A stretch of DNA of 64,000 bases from NCBI GenBank assembly GCA_050613775.1, contig JBODTK010000142.1, positions 186,001 to 250,000 of the forward strand. The letters are read 5' to 3'. How positions within the stretch are numbered: position 1 is the first letter of the stretch; each line of letters starts with the position of its first letter. The stretch comes from Neocallimastix sp. 'constans'. Lineage: Eukaryota. Positions 55,806 to 64,000 of this stretch are shown piece after piece. Both the position numbers and the translations under genes were made by a program. The notes beneath the pieces were generated by a model. It was not told where the DNA came from, did not search any database, and saw nothing but the letters and a program-made list of their open reading frames with translations.

Positions 55806-56375
55806 ATTTATTATAATAATAATAATGACTATATTTATAAATACATTTTAAAATATTTACAGTTCATTCTTTAATATAAATATATTTATAAATATATAAT
55901 TTAACTCTTTAAATATTAAATATACACATATATAATATATATATAGAATTTAGACGATTCTAAGAAATTCTTTGAAAAGAAAAACTCTTTCTTAAAGGAT
56001 AATTTAGCCAAACTTCAAAAATCTATTATTAGCAGACAAGATCAAAATAAGGGTAATTTTATTAATTTATAAATATTTATTTATTTATTTTTCTTTTATC
56101 TATCAATATATATAAATTTTCTATTTATTTATTTATTTAATAACAATATATTATTATTATTATTATTATTATAATTATTATTTTTCTTTCATACTGATAT
56201 ATTTTACAAACTAAAAAATAAAATAAATAAATAAATAAAAATAAAACTATATTTTATTTATTTAACAACAACAAAAAAAAAAAAAAAAAAAAAAAATATA
56301 TTAATAGCTATTATTGAAGTACTACAAGTTAAGTTAAATGAAGCTCAAAAAAAGGATAAAGTCAAAACTAAATAA
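54209..56375 (+). CDS. PFDN5: Prefoldin subunit 5 (alpha-type; Gim5/PFDN5), 161 aa; exons 54209-54310, 55149-55251, 55420-55451, 55640-55714, 55947-56052, 56308-56375
   Basis: The spliced translation is in frame (486 nt): MSSATDNEKLNTTVIDLAELPLEQLQAVRQQIEEEIQHLTESYSALKLAQTKF...DNILVPLTVSLYVPGQLVNKDKLIVDVGTGYYVEKNLDDSKKFFEKK...KTK*. It carries the signature LVPLTxSLYVPG and VDVGTGYYVEK. Four introns are GT-AG and one is AT-AC. Confidence 0.93.
55452..55639 (+). other. U12-type (minor spliceosome) AT-AC intron, 188 nt
   Basis: 5' site ATATCCTTT, branch-like TTACCTTAAC at 55581-55590 and 3' end TAC. Removing it restores PLTVS|LYVPG in frame. Confidence 0.9.
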
Positions 56376-56518
56376 TTTTAATACCAATAACATATAATTC
56401 CTACAAATAATATTAATAATATTATAAGTAATAACAACATCAATATACATTAATATATGAATTTAAGATTTTAACATAAAAAAAAAAAAAAAAAGAATAA
56501 ATTAATAAATAAAATACT

Positions 56519-56553
<35 letters not shown>

Positions 56554-56989
56554 AATAGCAATAATATTAATATATAATTAATAATTTGATACTAAAATAT
56601 TATTAATTAATATATAATAAATCATACTTTATAAAATTTTAATATTAAAAATAGTTAATTTTTTTTTTTTTTTTATTTTTTCTTTTATTTATTCAACCTA
56701 CTATTGTATAAAGTTTAAAAAAAGGAGAGAGAAAAAAAAAAAAAAAAAAAAAAAAAAACTTGCAAATAAATAAATAAATTATAAAAAATATATATAAAAT
56801 TATTAATAACAAATTTTTTTTTTTTTTTTTTTTGAATCTTTTTTTTATAATTTAGTAATATATGTATTAATATATATTAATTAAAATTGTGTCACTTTGA
56901 TCAAATATTTTAAATATATATTTATTTTTAGTTGATGTTATTTATCTAAGTACACATTAATAATATTGATAATAGGGGAAAAAAAAAAT

Positions 56990-57023
<34 letters not shown>

Positions 57024-57059
57024 ATTGTTATAATAAATATTAAATGATAAAGTGTATTA

Positions 57060-57392
57060 TATTGTATCATCATGTTAGTAGAACAAAAGGGAATAGTGAA
57101 TTCTTCGATACCATTGGTCTTCAGGGTAGTTATAATTGCTTTGAAGTCGTTAAACCAGATTATATCATGAAATTATAATAAGCTCTCTAAATTTCGTAAT
57201 TTGTGTCCGCTTCACAAGCCTTAAATGGCTGCTCAAATTCCGCAATGTAAAATGGTGATTCTTGTTCATTATTCAAGCTGTTCATATTCATATTTTTTTT
57301 TTTTTTTTTATTATTTCTGTGGTTAAAATCGTGTTGTAATGTAACTCTTTGTAATTCTTTGATTGTCAAGTTAATTGTTTGATTTTAATGAG

Positions 57393-57423
<31 letters not shown>

Positions 57424-59160
57424 TATACTACAATCATTTCTTCCTGTTACTTCTACGATAGCGGAATTTTGCTTGTAAAAATCTTTTGAGTTGATACATT
57501 TTTTTGGTATCCAGCTTTTTATATTTTTTTCTGGTTTAGTTCGAGAATTTGTGTTTATTATTTAATTTGAGGAAGAACGCAGATATTATACTCAAAAATT
57601 TAGTCCAAGATAATACAATATCTCTTTCATTAATATTTTGACGCATAAGTTGGAAGACTTTAAAAAAAAGAAAAAAAAAATTAGATAATAATATAAGCAA
57701 ATGTGTTACAGAAATATTGAATAACACGATATATGTTAAAGGGAAATATGAAGTTGATAAGAATTTTATAATATTTGTTAATCAACATTTTTCAACAATG
57801 GATGGGGACTATGTCTTGCTTTATACTAATTAGTAAGAAACTCAAACTTCTTGTTCAAGGAAATATAGCTGATTCATGTCATATTGATAATTAGAACGAC
57901 ATTAATAAAAATTTCAATCCATATGGAGAGACAGATAGTTCGTCTAGATTAAACGAACCTCCTTTTGAAGAAGTTGAAAACTATAATTTCGTTTCTGTTC
58001 CAAATATTGCTTATGAAATAGAAATTATTTACAATGATATATATTTATTAAGTACTACTTGAAATCTTTTATGAATTTTTAGAATATAACTTTAGCTTCA
58101 AAGATTTTAATACAAAAACTGAATTGATGAAATATTTATGAAGATTTACAAAACCTTATGACGGTTAGCTGTTATTCCTGGAATTACTAATGTTAATGAA
58201 CAGTATAAGTGAGCAGGAACGTTACTGCTCATTCGAAGTTTTTATTCTCAAAGGCTTAATAGATATTCTTATTGGTTTGATTAAAGATACCTCAGATTAT
58301 GAAGAAGTTTCTATTTATATAAGAAAGCCGAACTTAATAATATAAAAATAATTTTTGTTCAGAAGTACTGAAGGACAAAAAGGCAAGATATATCCAAATA
58401 TACCAAAACAGTTATTAATACAAATTTTAATATATATAATTTCCAAAAAAAAAAAAAAAACACGCAATAACTACGCATATACACAAAGCAATGGAAAAAG
58501 ATTAAAAACAAAAACATGGCCTGTATTTAATCTTGAAATTCAAAACCAAACAATTAGTAAAATAATTAATATTGGAATAAGAAACATGATTAGAGGCCAG
58601 CATACCAACATATAGAAAAAATTAATGCAAAAAACCAATAACAATGATTGATATGTAACTTTACCGTCCAAAATTCTCCAAATTATTTCGACTCTAAAAT
58701 AATCAATCTGTTATTGAATAAAACCTGAAGCCGAAGGTGTACAACAATCTTGAAACATAGTCTCTAAAAATCACAATAATTTCTTTTGTAACACCTAATG
58801 GAAGAGTCATTCGTATTCATAAGCCATTTATGTTGTTATGATTCCATCTTTTTAAAATTAATTTATATATTGAGGTTTTGCCTCATTATATCTCATCGAC
58901 TGTACATGAGTAAGCAACACAATGTCTAACTTACTATAGTACGCTCTATTAGCCATTTCTTCTTCTTCTAAAAGTAAATACGGCGAATAATCTGAATCAA
59001 AAGTATCACTTACAACCTCTTTCTCATGAGATAGTTATGGTAACTGACTATGTTCCTATGTTCTACGACAAGTATACAATTTTAGTATGAACATCATTTG
59101 ATTTTTTTCTTTTTTTTTTTAAAAGGCTAACACTATCTCTGCACATTATTCTCAATGCGC
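57060..59160. pseudogene. Decayed coding-like island of unknown origin, with fragments on both strands
   Basis: Higher GC and complexity than the flanks, with short broken frames such as minus-strand YYNFHDIIWFNDFKAIITTLKTNGIEEFTIPFCSTNMM (about 57063-57180). No confident family assignment. Confidence 0.35.
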
Positions 59161-59355
59161 AAGTATAATTGAAAATTAAAATTCAAATTTAAATAAAAAA
59201 ATATTAATGAAAATTTTTTTTTATTTTTTTGTTTGTATTTAATTTGAAGTAAAATATATCCCTTCCTAAATATTAATGTTCCAAATAGTTTAAATCTTTA
59301 AATAATTTTTTTTCAATTACATATTATTAATAAATAAATAAATATTTAATAATAG

Positions 59356-59605
59356 AAAATAATAAATAATAAATAATAAATAATAAATAATAAATAATAA
59401 ATAATAAATAATAAATAATAAATAATAAATAATAAATAATAAATAATAAATAATAAATAATAAATAATAAATAATAAATAATAAATAATAAATAATAAAT
59501 AATAAATAATAAATAATAAATAATAAATAATAAATAATAAATAAATAATATAATAATAATAAATAATAAATAATAAATAATAAATAAATAATAAATAATA
59601 AATAA
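59356..59605. repeat. (AAATAAT)n heptamer microsatellite
   Basis: Direct reading. Confidence 0.95.
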
Positions 59606-62600
59606 AAAAAATATTGATAACGCTAATTATTTATTATAATAAAAAATTTTAACCAAAATAGGAAATAATTATGAAAATAATTATATTTTTATCTTTAAAA
59701 CTTTTATTTTCAAATCCTTTCGTACAAAATGTATTTAATAATGTAATAAAGGATTAAATATTTTAAGTTATTATAATTTGAAGATTTAATAAGAATTTAT
59801 TAATTTTAATATATAAGTTAACTATTTTTAAACCTATTATTAGAATTATATAGAATATGTTATCAAGTCAAAATAGCCTGAAATTTAAATTTACGATAAA
59901 GAGGACCCTATTTTTTATAAATTATCGATTTTATTATATTCCAATGAACCCTATTTTTTTATATAAATATAAAAGTCAAGCTTAATATTACAATTTGTTT
60001 ATAAACAAATTTTAATAAAAATAAAAAAAATACAAAATTCTAACCTTTAAATTATCATCATTTCTATATTAAAAAAATTATAAATATTTTGTTGTTTTTT
60101 TTTCTTTCTTTCTTTATTTTATTTTATATTTTTTATCAGTTAAAGTCTTTATTTTATTATATAAAAATATACACCAATTTATATGATTATTAACAAAAAT
60201 GGTTATAATGATAGTAAAAAAAGATAATATTAGAGATTTCTAAAATAATCATAAATTTCTATATAATTCTAATAACAATATCTATTTATATGGCTATATA
60301 AAGCCGCTATTTTATGTTTAGCGGTCATTCCCATCAATAATAACAATATTTCATACTAAATTTATTAATAAATTAATTTTTAATAAGTATTAATTTCACT
60401 ATCAATATTATAATATTACTTAATATTTCTGTTTTTTATATGGAAGCCACTGATTATATTAACCAATCATTATAATTTTTTTAATCAAAATATATTTGGT
60501 TAATACATCCAAAATGTTTATTGGCTTTTCGTCAATATATATATTTTATCTTTTAGTTTGATTTATTAAAAGTAGAAATATCCAATTCATGCTAAAAAAA
60601 AAAAAAAAAAAAGAATAAAGACATAATCAACTGATGAAATTATTGATCTTTTTTTATATTTTATAAGAATAATTATTAATTAATTGAGTATGCCTTTTTT
60701 TTTTTTTTTTTAATATTTTATTTTTTTTTTTTTTAATTTAAATTTGAAAAATAAAATAAAATAAGAGTATATTCGTTTTTGGTATTTACTAAAATATTCC
60801 TTTTTGTTATTTAGTCCATTGATCAAACTTTCCATATTCACATTAAATTATCTTTATATTTTCATATTAAACCAATGAAATTTTATAATATTAAGTCATT
60901 TAAGAATCCTATATCTATTTTTTTTTAACTATTAATCATAATTTAGTAATTAATTTTACGGTTTTGATTTAAAATAGTGAATTTTATTAAAATTTTAGTA
61001 ATTAATTCTATAGTTTTGATTTGTAATAATAAGTTTTCTTAACAGCTAATGTTAAGATGTATAATTTATGTAGTTAAAATAAAACATTTATATATTAATT
61101 TTTATTCTATTATTCTTTTCGGTACCTTTCAACATAATATTGATGATATTATATACATAATTCATACCAATGTAATTGTATATCAATAGTGAATATGAAT
61201 ATAATTGTCCGAAATAGTTAAATAATTATATTTATTATCTATATGTATTTTTATAATATTTTAATAAATGTTTAATGCAAAAATTAATAATTTAATTATA
61301 AATTTATTAAATAATATGGCTAATATAATAATAAATAATTAATAATAATAAATAATAAAACAATAGATAATAAAAAATAAATAAATAATAAATAAATAAT
61401 AAATGAAAAATATTAAATAATAAATGAATGATAAATAATTGAATTAGTTTTGAGTATCGTCGTATTTAGTAGATCGTTATTAGCTAATATATATATCTTA
61501 TTACATATATACTTCATTATTGATAATAAATAATAAATAATATATAATAAATAATAAATAATGAATTATAGATAATAAATAATGAATATAAAATAAATAA
61601 TGAATAATGAATTATAGATAATAAATAATGAATAATAAATAATAAATAACAAATAATAAGAGTGAATTATTACGATGATATTTACTAAATAATAAAATAT
61701 TTTCATTAAATAAATATTTATGAAAAAAACTTAAATATTATTGAATAGAACATAAAAGAAAAATTTTAATAAAACTTTTAGATCAAATATTAAAGTATAT
61801 TACAATATATATCATTTGATTTAAATAAAAATTACTATATATGATAATTATATTTAATAAGAATTTATATTAATTTTTTTTTTTGTTTTTTTAAAAACAA
61901 ATATTTAATAGATAAAAAAAATAAAAATAATATACAATTTATTAAAAATACGTTTTATATTATATTTCAATATAATAAACAATAATATAATCATTATTGT
62001 ATTAATTATTTATATTAAATCATATTAAAGCTTTTAAAGTTTTTTGTCTTCACTTACTATAATTAATTTAATGTACTAATTATAATATTTAAATATATAT
62101 CTTAGTGTGTATTTAATATATATAGTAAATATTACATATAGTAATCAATTCGTTTAATATTAATACATTATACTATATTTTGAAATATAATAATATATAT
62201 TAATATATCTCATTTGAATGTTATTTAGTTTAAAGTAAATTTAAATTACTTATTTATTTTATGTACCATTCACCAATTCTATTTAAATATAAAGTCAATA
62301 ATTAACCATGTATAAAAATAGTATTGAGATTACTTAAATATTATATTAATATTAAGTTTAATTTAAATAAAATTATGAATATATTATAATATATTACTAC
62401 AATATTATAATTGATTACAAATTATATTATAATTGAGGTTATATGATTTAATAAAAGAGGATAATCCATATTATATTAATGATTGTTTATATACTGAATT
62501 AAATCAATTTTGAAGGATAAACATTAGAATATTAAAATAAATAAATAAATAGATAAATAAATAAATAAATAATAAAATCAAATATAACTTTTTAAAGCAA

Positions 62601-63200
62601 AAAAAAAAGTAAGCAAGGTCAAATATCATTAGTATTCATTAAATTCTTAAGCTACAATTATAAGCTTTAAATTAAAGAACTATATTCCTTTCTAAAAGAA
62701 TTTATATATTTTTTATTTTATTTTTATTTTTTTGAGAATTTTAAAATTTTATATTTTAAAGCATGATATATTTTATGATAAATAGATAATAAATTCTCTC
62801 ATATTATTAATATTATTAAAAGAATCAAATTTAATTTATTATTTATATTATTTATTATTTATTTTGATTAAATTAATAAATGTTAAAATAAAAATTATCC
62901 AAATTCAGGCTTTTTAAATATATATATTATTATCTATTTTTAATAATTGTAAAAAAAAAAAAAAAAAACAGATCGTATAATATTTTATTAAAACATTCGA
63001 TAAGCCTGCTTTTTATTATTCTATTTCTATTTTCTTATTTTTTATTTTTAGATGATTTACTATTAAGTTTTATTCAATTATATATTTATTTTTGTCTTTT
63101 TAAAAAAAGGAACATACAAAAGATATCGAAAAAAAATTAAAAAATCAAAAAAACATATTTATGAAAATTTATCAAATAAACTAGTTTTAATGAATATAAA

Positions 63201-63232
<32 letters not shown>

Positions 63233-63389
63233 CATTTTTTTATTTATTTATTTATTCATTTATTATTTGAGCAATTCTTATTTTATACTGTATTTTATTT
63301 TCCATATAATCTGAATAGTAATAAAATATGTGGAATAAAGTCAATCGATAAAATTACAATATGAAAAAAATATATATATACATAAATTA

Positions 63390-63705
63390 TAGAAAATAAA
63401 TAATAAATAATAGAAAATAAATAATAAATAATAAATAATAAATAATTGAATAATAAATAATAAATAATAAATAATAAATATTAAATAATAAATAATAAAT
63501 AATAAATATTAAATAATAAATAATAAATATTAAATAATAAATAATAAGAAAATAAATAATAAATAATAAATAATAAATAATAAATAATAAGAAAATAAAT
63601 AATAAATAATAAATAATAAATAATAAATAATAAGAAAATAAATAATAAATAATAAATAATAATAATAAATTTAAATAAATAATAAATAAATAAATAAATA
63701 ATATA
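63390..63705. repeat. Degenerate (AAATAAT)n repeat
   Basis: Direct reading; it gives rise to the spurious ORF 63387..63710. Confidence 0.9.
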
Positions 63706-64000
63706 TACAAATTGATATATATAAATAAAATTTTTAATAAAAGGTTTTTTAAAATATAATAATTATTTTAATATAAAAGAGTTTATTTCTTATTTTAAAT
63801 ATATTAATAATATAATAAAAAAAAAGTGTTAATATATTTGAATATAAAATTAATTTTTTTATTTTCCAATAATATTATAATAATATAATTTATTTTATAT
63901 TGTAATATATTACAAAGTTAAATAATTATTCAATTAAAAACAATTTATTAATAAATTAACAAAAATATTAAAATATAAAATAAAAAATTTTTTTTTATTA

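Overview
This window is extremely AT-rich, microsatellite-laden eukaryotic DNA. Its composition, intron style and bacterial-type genes suggest an anaerobic gut fungus (Neocallimastigomycota); that is an inference. Host genes are a bestrophin-family channel, two near-identical tandem NhaC-family transporters of bacterial type, a single-pass membrane protein, and a six-exon prefoldin subunit 5 gene that the ORF track misses. The prefoldin gene's third intron is a minor-spliceosome AT-AC intron with a distant branch point. The most striking foreign segment (about 25.6-28.6 kb) is a GC-richer, intronless island. It holds the C-terminal part of a divergent RNA polymerase second-largest subunit facing a D5-type SF3 helicase, which suggests an endogenised large DNA virus (NCLDV-like) fragment fused to a decayed Ty1/copia element. 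Other mobile DNA includes a head-to-head inverted pair of copia relics, LINE endonuclease and RT relics, a tRNA-headed SINE-like element with a second partial copy, a 203-bp structured retroposon with a perfect 15-bp TSD, and a foldback-like element. All protein assignments rest on motif recognition by eye; no searches were run.
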